NCBI GenBank assembly: GCA_900234795.1 | Contig: LT962688.1 | Location: 3,540,001-3,572,000 of the forward strand | Reading direction: 5' to 3' | DNA length: 32,000 nucleotides | Origin: Methylorubrum extorquens | GTDB lineage: Bacteria > Pseudomonadota > Alphaproteobacteria > Rhizobiales > Beijerinckiaceae | Shown: piece by piece, positions 1 through 8,482 of the stretch | Layout of the letters: every line of letters begins with the position of its first letter | Numbering within the stretch: the stretch's first letter is position 1 | Position numbers and translations under genes: made by a program | Notes under the pieces: generated by a model | Database searches by the model: none | Told to the model about the DNA's origin: nothing | Seen by the model: only the letters and a program-made list of their open reading frames with translations

Positions 1-109
1 CCGTCGCCCCCATCCAGACCGGCACGACGCCCTTGTTCGGCGACGCGTTTCCGGCGACGATCCCGCTGCGACGAAGAACGCTCCCGAGGGAGCCCGCCAC
101 GGGGCGAGG

Positions 110-2383
110 ATGCGGGTCGGCCGGAAGATTGCCCTGGTCGGCGGTGTCCCGATCCTCGTCGCCGCGGCGATCGCGGCGGCGGGCTGGTTCCTGCTCGCCC
201 AGGGGGAGCGGGCCCGGGCCGGCGCCCTGCTCGCCGCCCGCGTCTATCACGACCTCACCCTGGCGCGGATGGTCCGCGACGATTCCGTCTCCGCCCGCGC
301 CGACGCGCGCGCGGCAATCGAGACGCGGTTCTTCGACCTGACCGCCCGAGCCGGACGGGGCCTGGAGGCGCTTCAGAATCAGGCCCGCACCCGGAGCCAG
401 GCCGAGCGGGCCGCAGCGGCGCGCCAATCCCTCGGCCGCTACGTGGCGCGGATGCGGGATTTCTCGGCGGTCGCCCGCGAGAATGACGGCCTCATCGCCG
501 AGATGGGACAGCGCGCGAACCGCCTGACCGACCTTGCCGAACAGGCGCGCCAGCGCCAGCAGGCCGCCAACGTCGATCTTGCCTGGACGATGACGGGGAA
601 AGTGAACCGGCTGCGTGCCACTCGCGACGTCGTGGCGGGGCTCAACGCCGTGCTGGCCGCCGCGTGGCAAGGTGCGCTTGCCCGGCAACGCGGCGAGGAG
701 GCCGCACGCTCCGAGCGCACCCGCCTCGTCGATGCCGGCCGCGACCTCGCGGCGGCCCTGCGCGCCACCTCCCGCGAGACCGAAGCGACGGAGGCCGAGG
801 GGCTGACCGCCTCGGAGCCGGCCGCCGGCGACCGGCTGACCGATTGGGGCGAACGCTGGCTCAAGACCGCAACCTCCGAGCAGCGCATGCTCGACGACGC
901 GGTGGCGCAGCTCCTCGCCTCCGCAGGCGAGGCCAATGCGACCGAGCAGGCGACGCAGAATATCGGCATCGCCACGCTCAAGCTCGGCCAGCGCACCGCC
1001 GAGGCGCTGGCCCGGCGGGACGCGGAGGCCGTCTCCGCCATGCTCGGCGAGGGCGAGCGGCTCTCGGCGAGCGCCTCCGCCCTGCCGATCTCGCCGCTCA
1101 TCCAATCCGACATGATCGAGGCCATCGACGGCTGGCGCGCGCGGCTCGCCACCACGATCGACGGGCTCAAGCGCCAGAACGCGATGATTGCCGAGATGGA
1201 CGGCCTCGCCGCCGGCCTGAGCGAGGCCGCCCGCGACCTCAACGACGACGCGGTCGAGGATGCCGACCGGTTCGGCACTTTCCTCGGCCGGCTCCTCCTC
1301 GCTGGGGCGGCCATCGGCCTGCTGCTCGGAGCCCTCGTCGCATTGGCCGTCGCCCGCTCGATCCTCGTGCCGCTGCGCCAGCTTCAGGGCGACATGATCG
1401 CGCTCGCCGCCGACCCGAAGGCGGAGGGGCTCTCCGGCACGCAGCGCACGGACGAACTCGGCGACATCGCCCGCGCGACGAACTTCTTCGTGACCGAGAT
1501 CGGCCGGCGCGAACGGGCGCTGCGGCGGGCCAAGGATCAGGCGGACACCGCCCTGCACGATCTCCGCCAGGCCCAGGACGACCTGATCCGCGTGGAAAAG
1601 CTCGCCTCGCTGGGGCAGCTCGTGGCCGGCGTCGCCCACGAGATCAACACGCCGCTCGGCATCGCGCTGACCACCGCGACGCTGGTGCGCGACGAGACGC
1701 GGGCCTTCCAGGATTTGGTCGCGGCGGGCACGCTCTCGCGCTCGCGGCTGACCCATTTCGTCGATCGGGTCGGCGAGGGCGCGCAACTGCTCTGCGCAAA
1801 CCTGACCCGCGCCGCCGACCTCGTCCACGGCTTCAAGCAGGTGGCGGTGGACCGGGCGAGCGACGAGCGCCGGAGCTTCGACCTCGATGTCTGGCTCGGC
1901 GAACTGCTCGCGAGCCTCCAGCCGATGCTGCGCAAGGGCGGCCACAGGATTCGGTGTGAGGTCCCGCCCGGCATCGTCCTCGACACCTATCCCGGCGTGC
2001 TCGCGCAGGTCGTCACCAACCTCGTCGCCAACGCCGTCGTGCACGGTTTTGCCGGCGCCGAGCGGCCCGGAACCATCACGGTGCGGGTCTCGGCGCCCGG
2101 AGCGCTCGTGCGGCTGGAGGTGAGCGACGACGGCGGCGGCATCGTGCCAGAGCATCTCGGGCGGATCTTCGACCCGTTCTTCACCACCGCCCGCTCCCGC
2201 GGCAGCACCGGGCTCGGCATGCACATCGTGCACAACCTCGTCACGGCCAAGCTCCAGGGCCGCATCGCCGTCGAGAGCGCTCCGGAGCACGGCACCCTCG
2301 TGCGCCTGGACTTCCCGCGGGTGCCCGGCGGAACCGAGCGGCCGGGCACGGCCCGCCGCCCGACCGGAGCGGACGCGCGATGA
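110..2383 (+). CDS. membrane sensor histidine kinase (2 TM segments, large Ala-rich helical extracytoplasmic region, HAMP-like linker, HisKA, HATPase_c)
   Basis: 757-aa ORF with ATG at 110. TM segments are VGGVPILVAAAIAAAGWFLLA and LLLAGAAIGLLLGALVALAVA. H-box LVAGVAHEINTPLG, N-box VVTNLVANAVVHG, G1 SDDGGGI, G2 GSTGLGMHIV. Confidence 0.85.
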   Translation: MRVGRKIALVGGVPILVAAAIAAAGWFLLAQGERARAGALLAARVYHDLTLARMVRDDSVSARADARAAIETRFFDLTARAGRGLEALQNQARTRSQAERAAAARQSLGRYVARMRDFSAVARENDGLIAEMGQRANRLTDLAEQARQRQQAANVDLAWTMTGKVNRLRATRDVVAGLNAVLAAAWQGALARQRGEEAARSERTRLVDAGRDLAAALRATSRETEATEAEGLTASEPAAGDRLTDWGERWLKTATSEQRMLDDAVAQLLASAGEANATEQATQNIGIATLKLGQRTAEALARRDAEAVSAMLGEGERLSASASALPISPLIQSDMIEAIDGWRARLATTIDGLKRQNAMIAEMDGLAAGLSEAARDLNDDAVEDADRFGTFLGRLLLAGAAIGLLLGALVALAVARSILVPLRQLQGDMIALAADPKAEGLSGTQRTDELGDIARATNFFVTEIGRRERALRRAKDQADTALHDLRQAQDDLIRVEKLASLGQLVAGVAHEINTPLGIALTTATLVRDETRAFQDLVAAGTLSRSRLTHFVDRVGEGAQLLCANLTRAADLVHGFKQVAVDRASDERRSFDLDVWLGELLASLQPMLRKGGHRIRCEVPPGIVLDTYPGVLAQVVTNLVANAVVHGFAGAERPGTITVRVSAPGALVRLEVSDDGGGIVPEHLGRIFDPFFTTARSRGSTGLGMHIVHNLVTAKLQGRIAVESAPEHGTLVRLDFPRVPGGTERPGTARRPTGADAR

Positions 2384-2392
2384 GTCGCCTCC

Positions 2393-2751
2393 CCCGCGCT
2401 GCGGTTCACCGTCCACGCCGGCAAATCGTCCATGATGGTCGACCGCTGGACCAGCGAGAACGGCGACCCCGACAACTTCATGAACGTGCTGATCGGCGGA
2501 AGGCGGGGGGCGCCAACCTCGCCCGCTAGTCCGACTCAGGCCGCAATGCAGCAATCTTCGACACATGCCACATCGACGAGCATGAGACTCGCACCCGGCG
2601 CAACCGGGATACTCAGCCCGACTCCGCGAGGCTGTTCAATGGGTTCAGCTCGCCGGAACCGTTGTCCACAGGGCAGCCCGAGCATGGTGCGCGGCGTCCG
2701 GACGAACCTGCTCAGGTGCACCCTATTCGAGGGGGTAAAGTTGGCGGATGA
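2393..2751 (+). pseudogene. decayed C-terminal relic of a family-5 (DppA/OppA-type) ABC transporter substrate-binding protein
   Basis: Directly after the kinase stop, the same frame reads HAGKSSMMVDRWTSENGDPDNFMNVLIGG (nt 2414-2500). This matches the conserved GW-x-DNGDPDNF block near the C-terminus of DppA-like binding proteins. The similarity continues only after a -1 shift in the G-run 2501-2510 (GGANLAR*SDSGRNAAIFD...ARLF..P.PL..). That continuation has an in-frame TAG at 2527-2529, where this family usually has Tyr. The N-terminal ~400 codons are absent. Confidence 0.45.
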
Positions 2752-3048
2752 GCGTTTTACCCAGCCATGCTTCTCGCATTGCAGCATAGCATATGTTATC
2801 CAGCGGCGAGTTCGCATGGATGCTAAGCTCGTGCGATGGGTTGCACCGCAGCTCGCCAGTCGCCAGATGTGCGCCTTCCCCCGCCGTATCCGTGTGCTTT
2901 GGCCCGCGGGTTGCAGCGGGCGTCTCTCGTTCGGGTCTCCGGACGAGCGGATGGTGTTCCAGACGCGAGGTCGAGGCCTCGCCGGAACTGTTCGGCATGG
3001 ATGCGGATCGAGGCGGGCGTCGGAAAGGACGATGAAGTGAGTGGGGCC

Positions 3049-3948
3049 ATGACCGACGCGGCCGATCAAGAAGCGAGCTTCCTCAACGAACTCGGCCGGC
3101 GCGTGCGCCACGCGCGGACGGTGCGCGGACTGTCGCGCAAGCTGCTGTCGCAGGCCTCCGGCCTGTCCGAGCGCTACATTGCCCAGCTCGAGAGCGGCCA
3201 GGGCAACGTCTCGATCATCCTGCTGCGGCGCGTCGCCAATGCGATGGGGATGCGGCTCGACGATCTCGTTGCGACTCAGGAAGCCTCGTCTGATTGGCGC
3301 GTCATCCGCGACCTGCTCGATCAGGCCAGCCCTGACCAGATCGCCCTGGCCAAATCGGCGCTTGCAGGCTCGACCGGCACGGAATCGCGGACGATCCGGC
3401 GGCGCGTGGCGCTGGTGGGCCTGCGCGGTGCCGGCAAGTCGACGCTGGGCCGGATGGCAGCGGCCCATCTCGGCTGGCGCTTCGTGGAGCTCAACACGGA
3501 GATCGAGCGCGAGAATGGCCTGTCGGTACGCGAGATCTTCGCGATCTACGGCCAGGAAGGCTATCGCCGGCTGGAGCAGAAGGCCCTGCGCGGCCTCGCC
3601 GAGCAGCCGGGGCCGATGGTGCTCGCCACCGGCGGCAGCATCGTCGCCGAGCCGCTGACCTACGACCTGCTGCTCTCCTCCTTCTACACGATCTGGCTTC
3701 AGGCGCGCCCCGAAGAGCATCTTCAGCGGGTGCGCGACCAGGGCCATGTCGAGGGCAAGGGCGATCCGGCCTCTGTGCTGGAGGATCTGCGCGCGGTGCT
3801 GCTCAGCCGCGAGCCGCTCTACGCCCGCGCCTCCGCCGTCGTGGACACCTCCGACGTGCCGGTCGAGGTCATGGCCGAGCGTCTGATCGAAGTGATCGAG
3901 ACCCGCTTCAGCGGCAACGACTCCGGTGGGCGTCGCCCGGCCGCGTGA
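3049..3948 (+). CDS. XRE-family helix-turn-helix domain fused to a shikimate-kinase-like P-loop domain (BzdR/BoxR-type regulator architecture)
   Basis: ATG at 3049 lies inside the 2836..3948 ORF (299 aa). The N-terminus LGRRVRHARTVRGLSRKLLSQASGLSERYIAQLESGQGNVSIILLRRVANAMGMRLDDLV is a typical XRE HTH. The C-terminus has Walker A VALVGLRGAGKSTLG and shikimate-kinase-like blocks FVELNTEIE, IFAIYGQEGYRRLE and VLATGGSIV. Confidence 0.85.
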   Translation: MTDAADQEASFLNELGRRVRHARTVRGLSRKLLSQASGLSERYIAQLESGQGNVSIILLRRVANAMGMRLDDLVATQEASSDWRVIRDLLDQASPDQIALAKSALAGSTGTESRTIRRRVALVGLRGAGKSTLGRMAAAHLGWRFVELNTEIERENGLSVREIFAIYGQEGYRRLEQKALRGLAEQPGPMVLATGGSIVAEPLTYDLLLSSFYTIWLQARPEEHLQRVRDQGHVEGKGDPASVLEDLRAVLLSREPLYARASAVVDTSDVPVEVMAERLIEVIETRFSGNDSGGRRPAA

Positions 3949-3954
3949 TCGCAG

Positions 3955-3979
3955 CCTTGCGGCGCCATCCGCCGCAGGG
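3955..3979 (+). terminator. stem-loop immediately after the regulator stop codon (candidate terminator, no U-tract)
   Basis: CCTTGCGGCG-CCATC-CGCCGCAGGG forms a 10-bp stem with one G-U wobble. It starts 7 nt after the TGA at 3946-3948. No T-run follows it. Confidence 0.3.
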
Positions 3980-4229
3980 TGTAACCCGGCCCCTTGATGC
4001 GGCGCGGGATCGCCCCAAGCTGTAGGGCTTGACCCGGCGCGGGCGAAGACGCTTCTCTTCCGCGCTCTTTTCGCGATACGCGTCGTAACCCCACGCCCTG
4101 CCCGGCGACATAACCCGTCTCGCGGGTCGCCTCGGCGAGGCCGTGCGGGGCGGCGCGAACACGCTGCCGGAAGCGGGCACGTTGCGGCCTCAAGCCGGAT
4201 GGACAGCCCACGCTGTCGAGGAGGAATGC

Positions 4230-5090
4230 ATGTCCGCCAGTCCGTCGCTCAGCCCGGCCTCCGGGCGCGAAGGCATCGCCGGAATCGTCGATCCGCTCTG
4301 GACGCGTGTGCGCACCGAGGCGGAAACGGTGGTGCGCGACGAGCCGCAGCTCGCCTCGTTCTTCGTGGCGACCATCCTCAACCATCCGAGCCTGGAGGCG
4401 GCGGTGGCGCATCGCGTCGCCACCCGCCTCGGCCACGCCTCGCTCTCGAGCGAACTCGTCGCCCACGGTTTCCACGAAGCGCTTCAGGACGACGTTCGCA
4501 TCGGCCAGAGCATGCGCGCCGACATCCTCGCGGTGATGGACCGCGACCCGGCGACGACCCGGGCGCTCGAGCCGCTGCTCTACTTCAAGGGCTTCCACGC
4601 GATCCAGGCGCACCGCCTCGCCCATTGGTACTGGGGTCAGGGCCGGCGCGACCTCGCGCTCTACCTGCAGAGCCGGTCGTCGGAAGTGTTCCAGACCGAC
4701 ATCCACCCGGCCGCGCGGATCGGGCGCGGGGTGTTCTTCGACCACGCCACCGGGGTCGTGATCGGCTCCACCGCGGTGATCGAGGACGACGTGTCGATCC
4801 TGCACGCGGTGACGCTCGGCGGCACGGGCAAACACGGCGGCGACCGCCACCCCAAGATCCGCCGCGGCGTGATGATCGGCGCGGGCGCCAAGATTCTCGG
4901 CAACATCGAGGTCGGGGCCTGCGCCCGGGTCGCGGCCGGCTCGGTCGTGCTCCGGTCGGTGCCGGCCCACACCACCGTCGTCGGCGTGCCCGCACGCGTC
5001 GTCGGTGCGGCCGGCTGTGCCGAGCCCGCCCGCTCGATGGACCAGCTCGTGGCGATGAGCGAGTTCATCGATATCGCCGGCGGAATCTGA
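4230..5090 (+). CDS. cysE: serine O-acetyltransferase
   Basis: ATG at 4230 preceded by GAGGAG (4219-4224); 286 aa. N-terminal SATase helical region (DPLWTRVRTEAE..EPQLASFF..ILNHPSLEAAV). Left-handed beta-helix hexapeptide repeats GVVIGSTAVIEDDVSILHAVTLGGTGKHGGDRHPKIRRGVMIGAGAKILGNIEVGACARVAAGSVV. Confidence 0.9.
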   Translation: MSASPSLSPASGREGIAGIVDPLWTRVRTEAETVVRDEPQLASFFVATILNHPSLEAAVAHRVATRLGHASLSSELVAHGFHEALQDDVRIGQSMRADILAVMDRDPATTRALEPLLYFKGFHAIQAHRLAHWYWGQGRRDLALYLQSRSSEVFQTDIHPAARIGRGVFFDHATGVVIGSTAVIEDDVSILHAVTLGGTGKHGGDRHPKIRRGVMIGAGAKILGNIEVGACARVAAGSVVLRSVPAHTTVVGVPARVVGAAGCAEPARSMDQLVAMSEFIDIAGGI

Positions 5091-5225
5091 AGCCGCTCTC
5101 CGCGTCCGGCGGGTTGCCTGCCCTCCCCCGACGTGGCAAGCCGCCGGCCACCATCACAAGCCCCTCAGCGCTGCCGCCGGGATCACGCGTCCCGGCACGC
5201 ACCGCCTCGCAAGAAGGTTGACGGC

Positions 5226-5441
5226 GTGACCAAGACCGAAGTCGCCAAGCTGCAGGATTACCTGCGCCGCAAGTTCGCCAATGCCAGCATCCGCGTCGTG
5301 GCGATGAAGACCGGTGATTCCGCCGAGGTGTTCATCGGCGACGAGTCGATCGGTGTCCTCGCCGACGACAAGGAAGACGGCGACGATTCTTTCACCTTCC
5401 GCATGGCGATCCTCGACATCGATCTCGAAGAAGACGCCTAA
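5226..5441 (+). CDS. DUF3126-family small protein
   Basis: GTG at 5226 with AAGAAGG 7 nt upstream; 71 aa. (M)TKTEVAKLQDYLRRKFANASIRVV...DSAEVFIGDESIGVLADDKEDGDDSFTFRMAILDIDL matches my recollection of the conserved alphaproteobacterial DUF3126 pattern. Confidence 0.7.
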   Translation: MTKTEVAKLQDYLRRKFANASIRVVAMKTGDSAEVFIGDESIGVLADDKEDGDDSFTFRMAILDIDLEEDA

Positions 5442-5611
5442 CCCCGCGAGCCGGCTTCCGTTTCGGCCTGCCACGCCGCTCCAGGCTCGATGACCGCTTT
5501 CGGCGTCGAGCCTGTGGGCGGCGTTAATGTTAACGAAACGTCTTTCTTAACAACACGTAAACGATCGGTCAGACTGCGCGTTACATCCTGAGAAGGAGAG
5601 TCGAGCGCGTC

Positions 5612-5941
5612 ATGACCGTGAGCCCGTCTTCCGTCGAATCCATCCAGGCGCTCATCGTCGGTCTCGCGCTGGCGGGGCTGCTGGCGAGCGCCTTCGAATA
5701 CGCCACGAACCGGCGGGCGAGCTTTCGTCTGTTGGAGGCCGGCGGCGTCACCGCCTTGGCCGCGCTGCCGATGATCGCGGTGGTCGCGCCCTTCATCATC
5801 CTACGCAACACCCTGCGGGGTCGGCGCATCGAGCGCCGGCCGATCCCCTTCGTGATGATCGCGACGATGATCGCCTGCGGCTGGAGCCTGCTCTCGGGCC
5901 AGATCGCCCTCGGCATGGCCCATCGGCTGGCGGGGCTGTAG
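5612..5941 (+). CDS. small integral membrane protein (about three predicted TM helices), function unknown
   Basis: ATG at 5612 with AAGGAGAG upstream; 109 aa. Hydrophobic helices are ALIVGLALAGLLASAF, VTALAALPMIAVVAPFIIL and FVMIATMIACGWSLLSG. Third-codon positions are GC-rich in this frame. Confidence 0.6.
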   Translation: MTVSPSSVESIQALIVGLALAGLLASAFEYATNRRASFRLLEAGGVTALAALPMIAVVAPFIILRNTLRGRRIERRPIPFVMIATMIACGWSLLSGQIALGMAHRLAGL

Positions 5942-5952
5942 CCAGGCGCCTT

Positions 5953-6585
5953 CTACTGCCGCACCCACATCACGCGGGCCATCCAGGCGACCTCCGCGAG
6001 CGGCACCGCCCGATCCTCGTGGTCGGGGTTGAGTGAGGCGAGTTCGATGGTGCGGGCGGTGCGGCGGCGCAATTCCTTGGCCAGCACCTCACCGTTGTTG
6101 AGCCGTGCCACGATCCGGTCGCCCTTGCGGATGCTGGCATTCGGGGCAACGATCAGCACGTCGCCGTCGCGATAGAGCGGCAGCATCGAATCGCCCTGAA
6201 CCTCCAGCGCGAAGGCGCGGTCCCCGCCGAGATCGGGAAACTCGATCTCGTCCCAACCGGGGCCGCCGGTCGGAATCCCCTCCTCGTTGAACAGACGGCC
6301 GGAGCCGGCCTGGGTCAGGCCGATCAGCGGCACCATCGTCCGAGTCGGACCCTGCCCGGAATCGACCAAGTGCAGGAAGTCGTCGAGGCTGGCGCCGGTG
6401 GCGGCGAGCACCTTCGCGATCGATTCGGTCGAGGGCCAGCGCTTGCGCCCATCGGGCCCGACCCGCTTCGAGCGGTTGAAACTCGTGGCATCGAGACCCG
6501 CACGCCGGGCGAGCCCCGACGCGGAGAAGCCGTGGCGCTCGGCCAACCGGTCGATCGCAGTCCAGATCTGCTCGTGCGACAGCAT
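5953..6585 (-). CDS. HTH / S24-peptidase (LexA- and phage-repressor-like) transcriptional regulator
   Basis: ATG at 6585 (MLSHEQIWTAIDRLAERHGFSASGLARRAGLDATSFNRSKR), 210 aa. The C-terminal S24 domain has the Ser nucleophile motif QGDSMLP and Lys in IRKGDRIV. Confidence 0.85.
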   Translation of the reverse strand: MLSHEQIWTAIDRLAERHGFSASGLARRAGLDATSFNRSKRVGPDGRKRWPSTESIAKVLAATGASLDDFLHLVDSGQGPTRTMVPLIGLTQAGSGRLFNEEGIPTGGPGWDEIEFPDLGGDRAFALEVQGDSMLPLYRDGDVLIVAPNASIRKGDRIVARLNNGEVLAKELRRRTARTIELASLNPDHEDRAVPLAEVAWMARVMWVRQ

Positions 6586-6809
6586 GGTGGCCTCAGACCG
6601 GCGCGTGTGCCGTTGAGACATACGGCCTACAGTTAGGAAACTAGAACCCGCTGACCCCGGACGCAATCGGAGCATCCGGAGAAGCGAGTGTCGCATCTGA
6701 ACGGCAAGCGGTGAAGGCGTGGCACCCCGTATCCGGTATCATCCCGCATCGGTTGCCGTCGGCCAGCGCGCGTTCTATCGCTCCGGAAGATTGACCCCCC
6801 GGAGACCGG

Positions 6810-7160
6810 ATGGCCCTCGTCTACAAGATCTGTCCGCGCGGCCTCTGGCGGGAGGCCGAGGCGCTCGGCCGCTTCACGGGCGCACCCGTCGATCACGCCG
6901 ACGGCTTCATCCACTTCTCCACCGCGGAGCAGGTCGCCGAGACCGCCGCCCGCCACTTTTCCGGGCAGGACGATCTGCTGCTCGTGGCGATCGAGGGCGA
7001 CGACCTCGGGTCGGCTCTGCGGTTCGAGCCGTCGCGGGGGGGCGCGCTGTTCCCGCACCTCTACGGCGACCTCCCCTTGAGAGCCGTGCGCTCCGTGACC
7101 GACATGCCCCTCGGGCCGGAGGGGCGGCACGTGTTCCCGGCGGAGATCCCGCAGGCATGA
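6810..7160 (+). CDS. DUF952-family protein
   Basis: ATG at 6810 with GGAGA upstream; 116 aa. The pattern [49 protein letters not shown]....[20 protein letters not shown] is typical of DUF952. Its TGA overlaps the pyrD ATG (ATGA at 7157-7160). Confidence 0.85.
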   Translation: MALVYKICPRGLWREAEALGRFTGAPVDHADGFIHFSTAEQVAETAARHFSGQDDLLLVAIEGDDLGSALRFEPSRGGALFPHLYGDLPLRAVRSVTDMPLGPEGRHVFPAEIPQA

Positions 7161-8234
7161 TCGACGCGCTCTTCCCCCTCGCCCGGCCGCTGCTGCACGG
7201 GCTCGACGCCGAGACGGCGCACGACGTGACGATTCGCGGCCTGTCGCTGCTGCCGCCGCGGCGTCCGCCGGCCGACGACGCGTCCCTCGCCGTCGAGTTG
7301 TTCGGGCAGAGCTTTCCCAATCCGGTCGGCCTCGCCGCCGGATTCGACAAAGGGCGCGCGGGTGGCCGACGCGCTGCTCGGCCTCGGTTTCGGCTTCGTC
7401 GAGGTCGGCGGAGTCGTGCCGCAGCCCCAGCCCGGCAATCCACGCCCGCGGGTGTTCCGCCTCCCCCGCGACCGGGCGGTGATCAACCGCTTCGGCCTCA
7501 ACAGCGAGGGGCTCGACGCGGTGGCCGACCGGCTCAAGGCCCGCGCCGGCCGCGAGGGGATCGTCGGCGTCAACATCGGCGCCAACAAGGAATCGGCGGA
7601 CCGCCTCGCCGACTACGTCGCCTGCACCGCGCGGCTCGCCCCGCATGTCGCCTTCATCACCGTCAACGTCTCCTCGCCCAACACGCCGGGCCTGCGCGAC
7701 CTTCAGGGCGAAGCCTTCCTCGACGACCTGCTCGCCCGCGTCGTCGCCGCCCGCGACGCCAGCGGATCGAGCGCCGCCGTGCTCCTCAAGATCGCGCCCG
7801 ACATCGCGCTCGAAGGGCTCGACGCCATGACGGCGACGGCGCTTCGGCGCGGCATCCAGGGCCTCGTCGTTTCGAACACGACGATCGCCCGGCCGACGTC
7901 CCTCGTGGAATCCTCCGTCGCAAAGGAAACCGGCGGCCTGTCCGGACGGCCGCTGTTCGGCCCGTCAACGCGGCTGCTGGCCGAGACCTATCTGCGCGTC
8001 GGCGACCGGATCCCGCTGATCGGCGTCGGCGGCATCGATTCGGCGGAGGCCGCCTGGACCAAGATCCGGGCCGGTGCGCGCCTCGTCCAGCTCTACTCCG
8101 CCCTCGTCTACGAGGGACCGGGGCTGGTCGGCACGATTAAGCGCGGCCTGAGCCAGCGGCTGCGGGCGGAGGGCCTGACGAGCCTCGCCCCGGTCGTCGG
8201 GCGGGACGCGGCCGCCCTCGCGCGGGACGCCTAA
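7157..8234 (+). pseudogene. pyrD: dihydroorotate dehydrogenase (quinone), with the reading frame interrupted by one extra base in the AAAGGG run at 7349-7354
   Basis: The N-terminal 65 codons ([22 protein letters not shown]...[13 protein letters not shown]) are in frame 2, inside the 6719..8140 track ORF. The remaining ~293 codons ([37 protein letters not shown]...[11 protein letters not shown]...VSNTT...GVGGI) are in frame 0, the 7362..8234 track ORF. Deleting one base from GACAAAGGGCGCG restores a continuous [13 protein letters not shown]. Confidence 0.85.
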
Positions 8235-8482
8235 CCCGGCCCCACGCCTTCGCACGGCCTCTTTGGTGGGCTCGGCGCTCCGGATCACCGCGGCTCCGCC
8301 TGACGATGACGGAGCAGGTCCCGTTCTGCGCGCCTGCGCCAGCGTCCGTGACATGATCCGGCGCCCGCGACGGGCGCAGGACTCGCGTCGCATTCGTCCT
8401 GCCCCAGCAAAGAAACGGATCGGCCCTGAGACGGAGCGGGCGGGCCACATGAACCGATCCGCCACGCGATTTCCTACCATGT

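Noticed and set aside
1-100. Possible 5' end of a minus-strand gene running off the left edge (GTG at ~100; VAGSLGSVLRRSGIVAGNASPNKGVVPVWMGAT..., with high GC3)
   Set aside because: Only ~33 codons are visible, with no recognisable motif and an uncertain start. This is insufficient to call a feature.
2432-3040. 202-aa plus-strand ORF between the kinase and the regulator
   Set aside because: Its first ~25 codons are the binding-protein relic. The rest is out of frame with the relic and has no motifs. GC3 drops, and the region contains AT-rich promoter-like sequence. It is best explained as pseudogene plus non-coding DNA.
5524-5551. CtrA box (TTAA-N7-TTAAC) in the AT-rich island
   Set aside because: The TTAA elements are spaced by 2 and 13 nt, not 7.
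6632-6647. Alphaproteobacterial SOS box (GAAC-N7-GAAC / GTTC-N7-GTTC) upstream of the S24 repressor
   Set aside because: The sequence GTTAGGAAACTAGAAC has the wrong spacing and only one good GAAC. I keep it only as a weak dyad, not as a LexA box.
7349-7354. Programmed +1 ribosomal frameshifting in pyrD
   Set aside because: AAAGGG is not a recognised +1 slippery or hungry-codon context, and no stimulatory SD-like or structural element is evident. A homopolymer indel, either a sequencing error or a mutation, is the simpler explanation.
6719-8140. 473-aa plus-strand ORF
   Set aside because: Only nt 7157-7351 of it is genuine coding sequence, the pyrD N-terminus. Upstream it reads through the DUF952 region out of frame. 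Downstream of the frameshift at 7349-7354 it is an Arg/Pro-rich out-of-frame read of pyrD.
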